DNA of 64,000 bases from Acanthaster planci. Lineage: Eukaryota. The translations under genes and the position numbers were made by a program. The stretch is taken from positions 1,635,107 to 1,699,106 of the forward strand of contig NW_019091355.1 in NCBI RefSeq assembly GCF_001949145.1, given 5' to 3'. Positions within the stretch are counted from its first letter, which is position 1; the number at the start of each line of letters is the position of its first letter. Under the pieces are notes generated by a model. The model saw nothing but the letters and a program-made list of their open reading frames with translations. It made no database searches and was not told where the DNA came from. This document shows, one piece after another, positions 26,001 through 39,021 of this stretch.

Positions 26001-29000
26001 CTAACTTTTTTATGGGGGGGGGCCTAATACCTTGCGAGTCTTGAGCAGTTTTTAACATGATTGCCATTTTGCTGCTGGCTTTTGAAATGTACATTATAGT
26101 GCCTCCATTGCTTCTTTATCAAATGGTACCAGGTCTGGCCAGTTCATGAAATTTTGTATTAACAACAGGAACAAGCGTAATTGTATAAACAGGTTACATT
26201 CAATTTTTCAATGACAATGTATGCAATACTGCAATTCAAGATTACACTTACAGAGATGACTACCCCACAAGGGAAAAAAGAAACTTTTTTTTTACCATGT
26301 TTGGATGTTCATTTTGGTCTAAAAACATCAGACACAAAAATTATTGAAAAAGGTTATAAACAAAAAGGGCTTTAATTTGGAACAGGTGCCTGTGGCCGTG
26401 ATTAACAATCTCCACATGGAATGACGAATGCACCGAACAATTTGCGTGGACCCAATGGTCTTTGTCATTCTACTGTAAATACAACATAATGATCAGAACA
26501 AGTCAGGGCCAAAACAAAATGGTTCCACCAAACAAACTGGCCAAATGGACTTACGATTGCAATTAGCATCACATGCAAGGACTAAGTTCGCAGCAGTATT
26601 GTCAAGAGGTGTTGATGGGTCTTCACTCGCAGTCAATGTTGATGCCCCGTCACATGCAGTCAGCATAGTTAAGCCTTCACTTGCAGTTGACGTTGATGGG
26701 CCTTCGTTCGCAGTTGATATGGATCTCCCTTCACTTGCAGTTACTGCCGATCTGCCTTCCCTCGTAGTTGATGTTGATGGGCCTTCGCTATCACGCAATG
26801 GCGTAGGGCCTCCAATGTCAGCAGCGGAAAGGCCTTCAACACAAAGATTACATCAATAACAAGTCCGTTTGAAATTCTTCTTTGAATAAATGCAAGTTAC
26901 GATGGAAACGTAAAGAAAGCATGAAAAAGGTATGATAGAAAAATTTAAAGGAAGTACATTTTGAACATACAAACTACAACTTGCTCAAACAATGCAGAAG
27001 AGAAAATAATAAGATGCAAAAAGAAAAACACACAAAAACACAAGGAATAAAAGGTCCCAATCGGCCAGCTATATAATCATGCAAACATGAAGAAAAAAAG
27101 AAGAGTATTGCGGCCCATGTGAAAGAACAGCCACAGTACAAAAAGAATTAATCTTTTCAGATTAAATGTACAGTGTTCTCCACAGCCTAAGATTAAAACT
27201 GGGCGACATATGATGTGAGCCCGGACCTTGAAACCATAACGGCATCTGGTGCCCGCCACAGGAAATTTTTTATTCTAATTGCTTTGTGGTGCAATCTGAG
27301 GTATTTCCTGGGCACCTTTTTTGGACTCCTTGAATCAGATTGGCTTATGTTGAAATGAAGGCAAGATTGTTATCAGTAGGTCATCAAAAGTTGATTTTAT
27401 TTTGCGGGGTATTTCTTTATTTACTCATCAGAACTTGCCATTGAGCGGATGGTTCGGGATTACATGTACGTACGTTTGCGCAACATGAATGGATCGTGCA
27501 TGGTCGCTTTCTAAAATCTGGGTATCAAAAATAACTCCATGGTCTGATTCCAGCCACAGAATCATTTCACTTCGGTGAAATGCAGTCAGTCATCAAGTTC
27601 AGTTTTGACTGTTTTTCAGCTGTACTGTGAGCAATCAGCATCTATCCCCCTGCCCTGCACAGTTGACAAACCCATTATGTCACATACATGTGCAATGTAC
27701 AATTCACAACTAGGAAAAATATGCAATGATTTTAAGCCAATTTACATTAAAAAGTCTCCAAAAATTATTTTGATTACTTCTTTTCTGCATTGTATATGTT
27801 TGCAGAAAAAAAAAGTGTACAAGAAGTTACACTTCACCAAAAATTGTTTGAGAATTTAGAACACATAAGAAGATGTTATCGAAGCAGAAAAAAGGAAGTT
27901 TTATTCAAAGCAATTCCAATCTATGAAAAAAAAATGGAAATGTGGAGATCAACTTCAGACTCATATCTGGGAAAACAATTTGGTAATAATCTGAAATGGG
28001 AAAGTCACATTTTGGATGTTACCACTAACTGTAGGAATCATTGGGCATTATCGGGAGAAACTTCAAAACCTGTCAAGTTGGTGTATAAACACAGTTATAC
28101 AAATCATTGATCCTGCCTAAACTTATGTATGGTTCTGCAGCCTGGTATCCAACAAAAAAGAATGAGAAACCCCGTCTTGACATGATCCAGAGATCGGCTA
28201 CTCATCTGTGTTTGGATGACTACTCTAGGGAAGGGAGTGTTACTGAAATGCAGCACCGACTGGACTGGCCAAACCTTGAAGTTAACTGGAGGGTCGTTAG
28301 ATTATCTCTGATGTATCAAATTAGCCCCAACTTATTTGATATAAAGTGGGAACATCACCTGTGTAAACCCTCTAGAAGCACCAGAGGACACCATTGCTTA
28401 TCATTTATACAAATAACAGCAAAATCAACTACTTATGTGAACAGCCTTTTTCCATGAACAATCCCTCACTGGAATACCTTGCCACACAATATTTTGGACA
28501 TAGATATGTATGACTCCTTCAAATCTGCACTAACAGATCATTTTCAGTAATTTCATAGCCCAGCCAGCACCAGGTCTTTAGGTCATCTCTGATGAGAAGC
28601 GGATACCTGTTTCAACAGATTCACAAATCCTGATCCACAACTTTGATCACTAGTGGTGCCAAGTGCTTTTCTGTTGTGTTGAATAATGATGGCAAACTCA
28701 TCCTGTTCGTTTCATAAAGTGCGATAAACTTTCTTTGGGTTTGCATAAGTAGTGCAGATGGTGGAGAAATCCAATAGAAGAAATAGCAGGCCGGTGAGAA
28801 TTTAAGCGGGGCGGCACAAGTTTGGTGGGGCAGTCTAAAGTTTTGCCAGGGTGGCCCGCCCTGCTAGAACAATGACTGTAAATTTTCATTTTATTTATCA
28901 AGCAAAATGTTCTACATAACAATAGATGCAGGCATAGACAGGAGCACACAAAAATAATAGTATTCACAGTGATTAAGCTTTAACCCTTGGAGGGATTTAC

Positions 29001-32000
29001 GTTTTACTCCTATCAAAATGACAAGTACATGTAAACTCGACAAACAGGCAAACAGAAAATCAACCAAGTATGGATGAATGCAAGAGGACAAAAGGAAAGG
29101 TCAAGAAAGCTGCAGGCTGGATAAAGGGGAAAAGGATCAAGGGGACTGGTTGAATAACAAAGGAATGTAAGCAGGGAAGAGATCAAAGAAAAAATACAAT
29201 GGATGGAACTGGACTGCAGACAAAAAAGAAGGGAAATAAAAGAGTGTTAATTAGTAGGTTCATTCTTGGATGCTCAGGCCATGGGGTTGTACAGTATGGT
29301 GCAGAGGTATTCATTCAGAGCTTCTCCCAGGTGACAAACAGGCAAACAGAAAATCAACCAAGTATGAAGGAATGCAAGAGGACAAAAGGAAAGGTCAAGA
29401 AAGCTGCAGGCTGGATAAAGGGGCAAAGGATTTGTGACCTGTCACCACAAAATGAGCTAACTTCACACATACGAGATATTGGTAATTTTTGAATTTAGCA
29501 GAAATTGAGCTTTCCAATGGCATGTACATGGAACACTTAGGGTAGAAGTACAAGGTGACAATGTGACATTATTCTGGCAGGTTTGCATCTTTGTTCCCGA
29601 CATTGTTTCAACATTTCAGACCAGGAACAGATAGTGCTATCGTCAAAATTGCTAAGGAAATGACAATTTGCAATATGTTATTCTGCAAAATATTTGAAAA
29701 TAAATAGGAAGTGGTTTACTCTTTCCAAAAATTAACAAACCAAAACATTGACCTCTAACTTCAATATGACTCTGAACCCTCAAAACAGGAAAGAGTGGGA
29801 TGCTACTTTACTCTCATTTTGTCGTGACAGGTCACATATTTGACATCAGAAGAGCTACAAGTGATGGTACCTCTGGTTCAGTGGGTGGTAACGCAGGAGT
29901 GTCAACAGAAATGTATCTGATTCCAGGACATGGTTCTGGCAAACAGCACATCTGTTAAAATCCAAGCTCAAGGTGCCATGCTGGGATGGGGAAGGGTAGG
30001 GGGGGGGGACTCTGGCCGGGTGAAAAGGTCAGATGGCTTGCAGGGTCGCCTTTAGAAGTTTTGTATTACAAAAACCCCTGGACACAATTAAGCATGACAC
30101 TCTCCTCATTAATCCTCAGCCAAACCCATTACTCCTCAGCCTAACTATGGAATGCCCTACCATGGCATATACAGAGTGAGCAAAGCCACACCATTGTAAC
30201 ATGTACAGTTAAAACTTAACTTTGTAATATTGCATTTGTCCAGTGACATATTAAACTGCAAGATTCAGGATTTTATTAATTTTAACTAGTAGGGTTATTA
30301 AAATTTTTTAGTTTTTATCTTAACGTAGGTTCAGCTGTGATTCGTTATTTTAGTGTCACTGTGTCTGGTATAATTACTTTTCTTTTATCGTAGGTAAGGA
30401 GCAGGCCAAACAAAACAATGTTCGAGGAAGTTTCTGTTTCTTTGGATAATTGATTTGGTTTAAGCAGTTCACATGTTTATAGAATAGAAGGTCAAATCGA
30501 AATGTTCCTAGGATGGCTATTAGATTTCATTTGAAAGCAGTCTTTTAGGAAAGTGCATCTAACGTAAGGTTACCATACTTTGGAGAACATTGGTTTTTGT
30601 AAGCTAATGCACTGTAGTGAGGTTTTGAGGAATTTAGGATATGGGAGTTCCTCCTTTTTTGTATAGCCTTAGATTGAAAGTGCCTGAAGTCATACGAACC
30701 GATTTAACCTTTCCATGTTATCCTTGTATATCTTAGTCATGAGTTTTGGGTATATGTGTACACTTTTGTATTCTTCTATTGCCATGTGGTTGAACATGTA
30801 TCTTGGATAAGACAGTTTTCTTTGTTCACCCTTCCTATGCCTCAACACATGGTTGGAGCAATTTCAGTTTATGACTAGGGATTAGGATTAGTGTTGCCTG
30901 CCTTCCAAGAAGTGGCCAAGTCCTTTGTTAATTGCATCATGATTATTCATGAGTTAAACCTGACTTCTTGTATATACATGTAAGCCCCATGCTTAAGTTG
31001 GGATAAGGATGAAGCCTTCACATGTACATGTACTAGCCTTGTATAATGCACTGAATAGTTCTTTGTTGTAGCATTCATTTATAAGTTTTCCATATTTATT
31101 CTGGTTGTTGAAGTTTGATCGTAATTGATTTGTGCCTTTTCTTGATACTGTGTTTGGTTTTGGTTTGTTTTTTGGGGGGGTCGTTATTTTCTCAATACCC
31201 GTTTCTGTTTTTTTAGTACTGCTGATATTTATTGAGAGTATTTTACTAAAAGGTTAAGGTTTACTGGGTCTAAAAGTTGACTTTCTAGGTCTCAAGTTTA
31301 CGGTCTGAGGTATTTTCACTAATTTGGGTTTTTTTGCTTTTCTTTGACTTTTCATTTTTGTTACTTTTTTATCGGCTAAGAAGTTACTTAATAGATTGTA
31401 GATTAGTTTTTTTCTAGATTGGCTCTTGTTTGTTGAATCAAATATTTTTTTCTTTTGACTATTTTTGAGATCAAACACTTTTTCCGTCCTGTCGTATTTT
31501 TCTTAAAAATACCTCACGATTTCTCCTTAGTTGATCCCTAGTTAGGTATTATTTTGTGCAAGCGATTTCCCCCCAGAGTTGTCTTCTTCCAGTGTTCCTT
31601 TTTTTCAAGTTACATTTTTAAAAAATCATTTTCGGTACAGGTACGTGATCATCTACTTGTCAATGTACATGTACGTGTACTAGCAAGTCACTATCAAACC
31701 TTTTAAAATCCAAAATGGCTCTATTTCGGATTTGAGGTGATACAGCATGGAAAGCTCTTTGCAGGACATGTCTAGGATGAGTTCCTCTTAGTAACAAACC
31801 TGACTAAATCAAGCATACTTTGACCAGACCAACTGGAAAGAACCTACAGTACATGTAGCAAAAAATGCTGTTACGTGTTATGGGTGCTGGGTTGTTAGGG
31901 CTGATATACATAGCAGCAACTGAGACACTCAATAGAAAAAACAAATGGTTTTTCTGGAGTATTTAACAATATTCAAAAATTGTATATGCACTGCAAAGAA

Positions 32001-35000
32001 ACTAATGTACAGTTCTAAACCTGGTATTTACAGTTACATACCATGCATAGGCTTAACCTCTTCAAAATAGTAACTTTTACCTGTGGAATCGGTATGAGCA
32101 TCATCTCCTTTGACTCCACAGTACTTCAGAAAGTCAGCCAGACCAGTTGGAATGCTCGACTGTTTCGCAACTTCGCAGTGCTCTGTGCAAAATGCCTGGC
32201 CATATAATGGGGATTTGGTACAGACATCTGGTAGGCTGGGGACTGGGATGCCAGACACTTTATTCTAGAGAGTGGAATGGACAAAATAAGAAAAATTAAT
32301 CAGGAAATGTTTAATAAATTAATTTAAAAAATGCAGTTAAATGAAATCAAACAAGTTACTAAGCAAAATAAATATGGCTGGGTAACTCAGTTGGTAGAGC
32401 ACTGGTATGGTATTCCACAGGGCACAGGTTCAAGTCCCCCCCCCAGTCAATTTCTTTGTTCATCTTTGTAATCATTCATAAGCACCTAGTCAGCTTCCCT
32501 GTATGATTTGTTTCAAATAAATATAAAAAAAGACCTCATAAACAGTACACTGAGAGAATGCAGAGAGCTTGCCTGAAACACAGAGAATGGACAAATTCTG
32601 AAAGGAAACAACTACATGAATGCAAACCTGAATGATCATAATATTCAGAAATTTTCATCCAACTTAAACAATAAATGGCCATAAAAAGTCTAATAAAGCA
32701 CTGAGCACACTCTCACTAAAAAGGAACGATTTACTGTCAAAAAAAGGAAACAATAAAGTGGATGAATATGGTCATGGTCAAGTTTTTTCATGGCATTCAT
32801 TGAACACTACATTCAAAGATCTATTTACAGAACTATGACCATATAGGAAAAAGCAATTTTATAATGTAGATAAATAATGCATCTTCTTCATTCTTAATGT
32901 GAAGTCCTTTTGCGAGAGGTATTAAATACAATTATGTCTCACTGGTAAGCATTCTTTAAAATGTAATATATAGGTTCTAGTAACACTGAACATAAAAAGT
33001 GAAACTGTTTCAATTTACACTCATACCTCACATCGATGCATACAATGCGGAAAACTCAGTTTCCAGATGCCATCTGCCACAAAGACACGGCCGCAACCTA
33101 TTTCAAATGATTGCAATGATTTCAAAGTATTCATTCTACAAGAAAAAACGACAATAGCAAGCGTACAATTGAGTTGAATGATAATGATCACCTCTATTCA
33201 CCCAAAGGATATTTACACATACGAACATCACATTTGCTTTGCTACAAAAAGGAAAAGAGGCATATAGAACCCCTTAAAAACATGCCTTAACAATTACAAT
33301 GCGGTTTCAGTTCTCAAATGAAATTCCAAAACAAGAGTTGTTCCTCAGGGGTTTTAAAAAGTCGAAGGTGGTATCTTACATAAAGGGAAACCAAAAAACA
33401 TTAGCAAAAAATGTTATAAAGGTAACATAACATAAGCTAAATGCATGCAATTAAATGCAAACACTTCTGCTGCAAAAAATTTAAAAGACAAGTAACTAAC
33501 CTTTCGCTTCACATTTGGGATGGCAGTTGGTATGATCATAAATCGTCTGCCGACGAATACTTTCAATCCGCTCCAAGAGTTTTTCTCGGTCTCCATCTGT
33601 CTTGAGCAAACCAAACATATCAAGTCGTCTGCGTTCACGTAGTTCATTGTGCAGCTCTCCATGAAAGAATGCTGAGGAAACCTGTTTACTGGAGATCCCT
33701 AAAACAAACACAAACCCAAGGGTGTGATTTCATAGTAATTAAATATGAAAATTGTGTGCGAACACACCTGTCACAGTAACATTTAGGTACTGCAGGCCTG
33801 GGTCAGGGTGGTTACATAAACATCCATTGGTTCATTGACTTCAGGGGTGTCACACAAAAGAGGAAAAAACAGTATCTACATTTACCACACAAACTTGTCT
33901 GTGGGGGATAGAATGCACTGTTACGAAATCATACAATAATTTGGTTTCTGATGCCATCCACAAACACATAATATACTTATTCTTTGCTACATATATGACA
34001 CATTTGATGGAGTGATGGTTTCATTAACAGTGTACTTCCAAGATGATAGAGTAAGGTCAGCTTTAATTTGCACTTTTTATAAATGATGTCCGAAAGTTGA
34101 ACGGATGTAACGCTGCATTTGGGATGATAAACGAAATGATTTTTCAGATTTTTAGAAGTTTTTGATTTGTTAAAAAGCTTGAGTTTTATTATTTACAACA
34201 TAACTATTAATATTTATGATAAGGTTAGGGCAACACATGCTAAGCAGCAAAAAGCGGAAGTTGAATACTACAATGTACTATGCAACATTTCAGTACAAGT
34301 ACATGTTGGCCTGAGTCAGAGATTGTTGCAAGCCAGTTAAAGATCATGTGATGTAAGCTAAACATACGCATTTCGAATGCGAAAATGCAATTAATTGATA
34401 ACCGCCTTTTCCCAAGATACTCCTGAACTTAAAAACAATGCGTTCAGCTATAAATATAGCCGCCTGCCTCTATCCAAAAAAGCCCCCAATTTGGGGTTTT
34501 TGGCGAAAGCCCCAAAATGGAAACTTTCAGTCCCTCCTGATTAGGACATGTGTAACTGTACAAACCATGTGAGCTCACACAATAGGTCCTTATCAATTAA
34601 AACTGCTGTCATTAATTTAAGGACCCTGAGCTGATGAAAATTAGAAAAAATTGATAGCAATGAATTTAAAACTACTGACAACAGATTAAGTTTATGACAG
34701 AGAAAGACGACAATAATGGCAAATAATCTGTGCACGAATCTTAAATTTCTTTCACAGGAATTGATAGGAGTACACATACCTTCACTTCTTGATAGGCCAA
34801 ATGCAGTGTTGAAGGACTCAGCAAAGCCTACGAAACTGACCCAAGAATGATTCCTGAGGAAAAAAGACAATACAACCAGTAGACTCCAATATAGAAAAAA
34901 AAGAATTTAAATTGATGAACAAAATTTTAAACTGTAGAAAATCAGTGCAGGTGCTAACTCGTCCAATGAATCATATGTCAATGGAAACTTTTGTCAGCAT

Positions 35001-37701
35001 AAAAACAAGAAAGTGGCAAGTAAATTACGAAACATTATGTGGAATCATAGCACAGGTTGGACACCTTCTACATTGCATTACGACTATAACGCCCAGGGTA
35101 TAAATGCAAAAGTGTTATTACACATTTTTGTCTCAAAATGTCATTTGGGAGTGCTACCAATGACTGTTTCACGGTGGCAAAAAAGAAAGGCGCTTACTTG
35201 CTGCAAGTGAGTTTTATGGACAGTTGTGATTTGGGGGAGGGGGCGGTACCTGAGCACTGTATTTGTTTCTGGGAGGGCCATGTTTCACCCATAGAGTTAT
35301 TGCAGATTCAAAATCAAAGTCTGCGCATTTCAAAGGAGCAAGCAGCGAAATGTTTCAAGTGTCATGCATGTGTCAGCAAAAACGGTCAGATTTGGACACG
35401 TAACATGTATGTCACAAAAGATATTGAAGTGCCAAAAGTTTGCCGGCCATTTAAAACAGACATTAGGTGGGGAAAAAAGGGGTTTTGGGTGAGTTTGGGA
35501 ATTTTTGAGAACCATTTTCACTGAACTGTATGGTGGTTCATTAGCACCCTGTTCCTATAGGCCCAAATGAGGAAACATAGTCCACTTTCTCAAACTAACT
35601 TACATTTTGACCTTAAGGAACCATTACTCAATCCTGATAGGCCTAGTTTAGGTAAATGTTGACAAGATCTAAGCAAGAAAACTTCGAATTTCTGACAAGA
35701 GTTTGGCAAAAGACAACCACTCATTCAAATGAAGCCATTTTGTTTTTCGTCTGGTTACCCTATTCTGGCTTTTTACATTCATCAGAAACAATCCCGACCC
35801 AGGTCAAGGAACCACACTGTATCTGCTTATTTGTCATTCACAACTCTATTTGGGGCAGTCATTTACGCTGCTGTTTAACCAAAAACCAAAAGCCCTGTCC
35901 TCTTTCTGATATGAAAGAGGACATCACCAAAAACTTTTTTTGATAAGTTATTTCAAAAAAGTAGAATTTGTTCCCTTATAATCCAGTTCATAAGTGTGAC
36001 GTCACTTCAGTTTAAATCACACCCACTGCACATGAACTGATCATACAGTTACATGTATTGATCGTCATTTACTGGAACCGTGCAACCACAAGTTAACCCA
36101 CAACAACATCGACCACCCATTAAGAATCTGTTAAGTGTGGCGTGTTTTCCTTTGTGACAAATTTACTTACAAAACGGATAGGAACTGAGTGCTAAAGGTA
36201 ATGAACCCCACTATAGGCCTACATGTACTGTTGTGTAGCATTACTAGCTGCATGTATGACCGATCCCATCCAAGAGGAATAGGTTACTCATGCTCCACTT
36301 TTGTCATGTCAGTTGAGTCCATGATTTGGAAGAGTGGCATAAGTGAACATAGTGAACCGACTTTATCCTTCCACAGCAACATAAAATAATTACCATGGCT
36401 GTTGTTACCGCAGCCGTAACGCATCTCCCATTTTCTATCGTTACGGCACTGCAACTGCGCAAGCACGCCAACTTAGCACAGATTTTGGACTTTATTTCCC
36501 TTTAAAAAAATCCTCCAAAGCCTCCAATGAAAAAAGAAAAAAGATTCCTGCTTAGGCCTATACAATTAAAAAACAACGTAAAAAAAATAGGGATATGGTA
36601 TAAAACATTAAATTTAGGCAAAAAAAACACAAATGAAATGGTCCAAGTGCGGATTCCAACTCACACACCAGTGGTTCCCAATCTTCTACCTTGACCATAT
36701 ATCGACAGGAATATAATACCTTGTGAGTATGCTACTTCTGAACTGAATCTGCTTGCCCTGAAGAAGGTTCTTAGTTAACTGAAAGCTCAACAATCACAGA
36801 TTTTCGAGCACTGTTTGGATAATCCTGTCCATATTCTGATCTCGGAGCTACGCAGCCCTCCCATATTCCATCTTGACCACGAGAATTCGGGGATCCAGGT
36901 AATTTTAAAATATATGAACCGTCGTGATGATCAGCTACGTCATCGCACTTGCACAAGTTCAGTGTCGTATTAACAGAAAATGAGAAATGCGTTATGACTG
37001 CTGCAACAATAGCCACTTCTTATAATAATTATTCAAAGCAAACATAAGTAGCATACTCACGCAAGGCTGACCTGCAGTTCAAACAAGTCGCGTTGAAAAT
37101 ACACAACATTACTGGCCTCTATGAAGGGTTGAACCTTTTCATACAGATGAAACGATCTGGAGCTACTGCCATAACAGTCGTATCTATATGTCAGACTACA
37201 ATTGCGGCAGCGTAAGTTCGACTTCAGCCCTTTGAAGCACCCCTGCAAAGTCACGACTTTCACCTTCACCGGCTGATTGTGTGGCTTCAATTCAAGTCCA
37301 CATTCAAGGCAGGTTGAGTAGGGTGGAACCAAGAAGAAGTTGGGCCCCGTTGCTGAGCTGGCACTGGTAGTGGTATGATCACTTGCGGTAGATCTCAGTT
37401 GCCCCAATAAGAGTTTAATCAGTTTGACGTCTACTTCCAGCGTTGAAGCCAAAATGCAAGGGTCATATAGCGTGGAAATACTACTGACTTCGATGGCTCT
37501 GACTACTCGGCTCACTTCCTCAAATCCAAATTTAGACACTGCAAGTCCAAACTGCTCGTTTGGCGACAGCAGACGAACAGCATGTGAGGAAAGGTCCAGA
37601 TTGGACAAAGCGTCCTTGTACTGCTGCACTGCCCTGTCCTCTTCTTCAAGTTTGCCCACAAAAGAACCCAAATCAAACTTTGCTATTTTCTTTTTGGGCA
37701 T
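23098..37701 (-). CDS. 9-exon KDZ-family (Kyakuja/Dileera/Zisupton) transposase-like protein with CxC5-like N-terminal and CxC6-like inserted Cys clusters, about 730 aa, uninterrupted frame
   Basis: Exons 37701-37061, 34853-34780, 33698-33501, 33097-33027, 32264-32081, 26833-26555, 25652-25569, 24739-24553, 23572-23098 (2193 nt, phases consistent). CxC5-like region PPYSTCLEC...LRCRNCSLTYRYDCY...FIEASNVVYF. Core motifs VADGIWK, CTKSP...FCTEH, SESPSQV, YDNMCHL, VDRLHVRNH...C, NTLCAEQTFVWL. Additional small exons in the 5.2 kb intron (26834-32080) cannot be excluded. Confidence 0.85.
23990..24241 (+). mobile_element. Tc1/mariner transposase C-terminal relic in the last intron of the KDZ gene
   Basis: Translates as DWPSNSPDLNAIKNL...LVTNMPYNIQEVIAEN*GHVKH*, matching Tc1 WPxxSPDLNPIENxW...MPxR...VIxxKGGxTKY; has stops and a frameshift. 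Confidence 0.8.
27955..28550 (+). mobile_element. 5'-truncated non-LTR retrotransposon (CR1/L2-group) ORF2 3' end, frameshifted
   Basis: YLG..NLKWESHI; LILPKLMYGSAAWYP..LDMIQRSA; LDWPNLE..RLSLMYQI; TRGH; YVNSLFP*TIPHWNTLP. This is the canonical post-RT C-terminal segment of these LINEs. Confidence 0.85.
29040..29430 (+). repeat. About 95-bp direct duplication (29040-29135 and 29335-29430)
   Basis: acaaacaggcaaacagaaaatcaaccaagtatg...aggtcaagaaagctgcaggctggataaagggg occurs twice, nearly identically. Confidence 0.9.
29430..29839. mobile_element. MITE of about 410 bp with about 27-bp TIRs
   Basis: Left atttgtgacctgtcaccacaaaatgag; right ctcattttgtcgtgacaggtcacatat (near-perfect reverse complement). 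Confidence 0.75.
32376..32515 (+). mobile_element. tRNA-derived SINE, family A copy 2
   Basis: taactcagttggtagagc...ggttcaagtcc...ccagtcaatttctttgttcatct; clearly homologous to 392-495. Confidence 0.7.
36740..36868 (+). mobile_element. Further copy of the same Penelope-like hammerhead repeat, in KDZ gene intron 1
   Basis: gaactgaatctgcttgccCTGAAGAaggttcttagttaactGAAAgctcaacaa...atattctgatctcggagctacgcagccct, homologous to 46642-46772. Confidence 0.7.
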
Positions 37702-37940
37702 GGTATTGATTCATCATAAATACAACTGTTTCAAACGCAAAAAGACAAAGATAAGCAGAATACCCAACGAGAAATGTAAGTCGAAAAGCAATGATATGAA
37801 AAATCTAAACACGTGCGTGCGATGGCTAGAAGAAAAGGGAACGTAAAGGGAGGGAACGCGCATGCGTGGGGTTTGTAGCAGGTAGCGATGCTACAAACTA
37901 CCAGCCCTGATTTCTTTCGTCCCATTTCGTGCATCAATTG

Positions 37941-38700
37941 NNNNNNNNNNNNNNNNNNNNNNNNNNNNNNNNNNNNNNNNNNNNNNNNNNNNNNNNNNNN
38001 NNNNNNNNNNNNNNNNNNNNNNNNNNNNNNNNNNNNNNNNNNNNNNNNNNNNNNNNNNNNNNNNNNNNNNNNNNNNNNNNNNNNNNNNNNNNNNNNNNNN
38101 NNNNNNNNNNNNNNNNNNNNNNNNNNNNNNNNNNNNNNNNNNNNNNNNNNNNNNNNNNNNNNNNNNNNNNNNNNNNNNNNNNNNNNNNNNNNNNNNNNNN
38201 NNNNNNNNNNNNNNNNNNNNNNNNNNNNNNNNNNNNNNNNNNNNNNNNNNNNNNNNNNNNNNNNNNNNNNNNNNNNNNNNNNNNNNNNNNNNNNNNNNNN
38301 NNNNNNNNNNNNNNNNNNNNNNNNNNNNNNNNNNNNNNNNNNNNNNNNNNNNNNNNNNNNNNNNNNNNNNNNNNNNNNNNNNNNNNNNNNNNNNNNNNNN
38401 NNNNNNNNNNNNNNNNNNNNNNNNNNNNNNNNNNNNNNNNNNNNNNNNNNNNNNNNNNNNNNNNNNNNNNNNNNNNNNNNNNNNNNNNNNNNNNNNNNNN
38501 NNNNNNNNNNNNNNNNNNNNNNNNNNNNNNNNNNNNNNNNNNNNNNNNNNNNNNNNNNNNNNNNNNNNNNNNNNNNNNNNNNNNNNNNNNNNNNNNNNNN
38601 NNNNNNNNNNNNNNNNNNNNNNNNNNNNNNNNNNNNNNNNNNNNNNNNNNNNNNNNNNNNNNNNNNNNNNNNNNNNNNNNNNNNNNNNNNNNNNNNNNNN
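37941..38700. other. Assembly gap
   Basis: Run of N. Confidence 1.
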
Positions 38701-39021
38701 TGTATACATATTTCATTGCAACACATCAACACGAGGAAAAGCTGACATGCCAGACGTGATCAACAGGAGAGATGTTTTTCCTCGAGTTTTAAGACGTGAT
38801 TTATATGTAACGTGACGTAAAATGACAGAGTCTAGAGAGGGATCCTCAAATAAGGTGTGACTGTCAGTGACTGTGAATAATATGTAGCCATTTTTCTTTT
38901 TTTTTCTCGTGTCTTGTCCGGCTTGTGATTGTCTGAATTTGTGGCCTAGACACGCGTGACATGTACTAGGCCTAGTCTGGTACTTCCCAGTCGTTTGAGT
39001 AGGCCTAGGCCTTTTCTGTTT

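Larger units (their letters stand above)
2266..37940 (-). mobile_element. Putative giant KDZ-type DNA transposon or cargo island (transposase plus helicase-PHD gene); termini not identified
   Basis: Two adjacent co-oriented genes, both from mobile-element-type families, with no recognisable conserved host gene between 1 and 37.9 kb. The right side runs into an N-gap and no TIR or TSD was seen. Inference only. Confidence 0.35.

Noticed and set aside
26031..26135. Extra transposase exon ending LKTAQDSQG with a good donor
   Set aside because: No phase-1 acceptor gives an open frame; at best a decayed duplicate of the 25652-25569 exon.
29871..29951. Exon-like segment in the large transposase intron
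   Set aside because: Contains a stop in the required phase-1 frame.
37731..38759. Long ORFs spanning the first N-run
   Set aside because: Artefacts of the assembly gap (poly-X).
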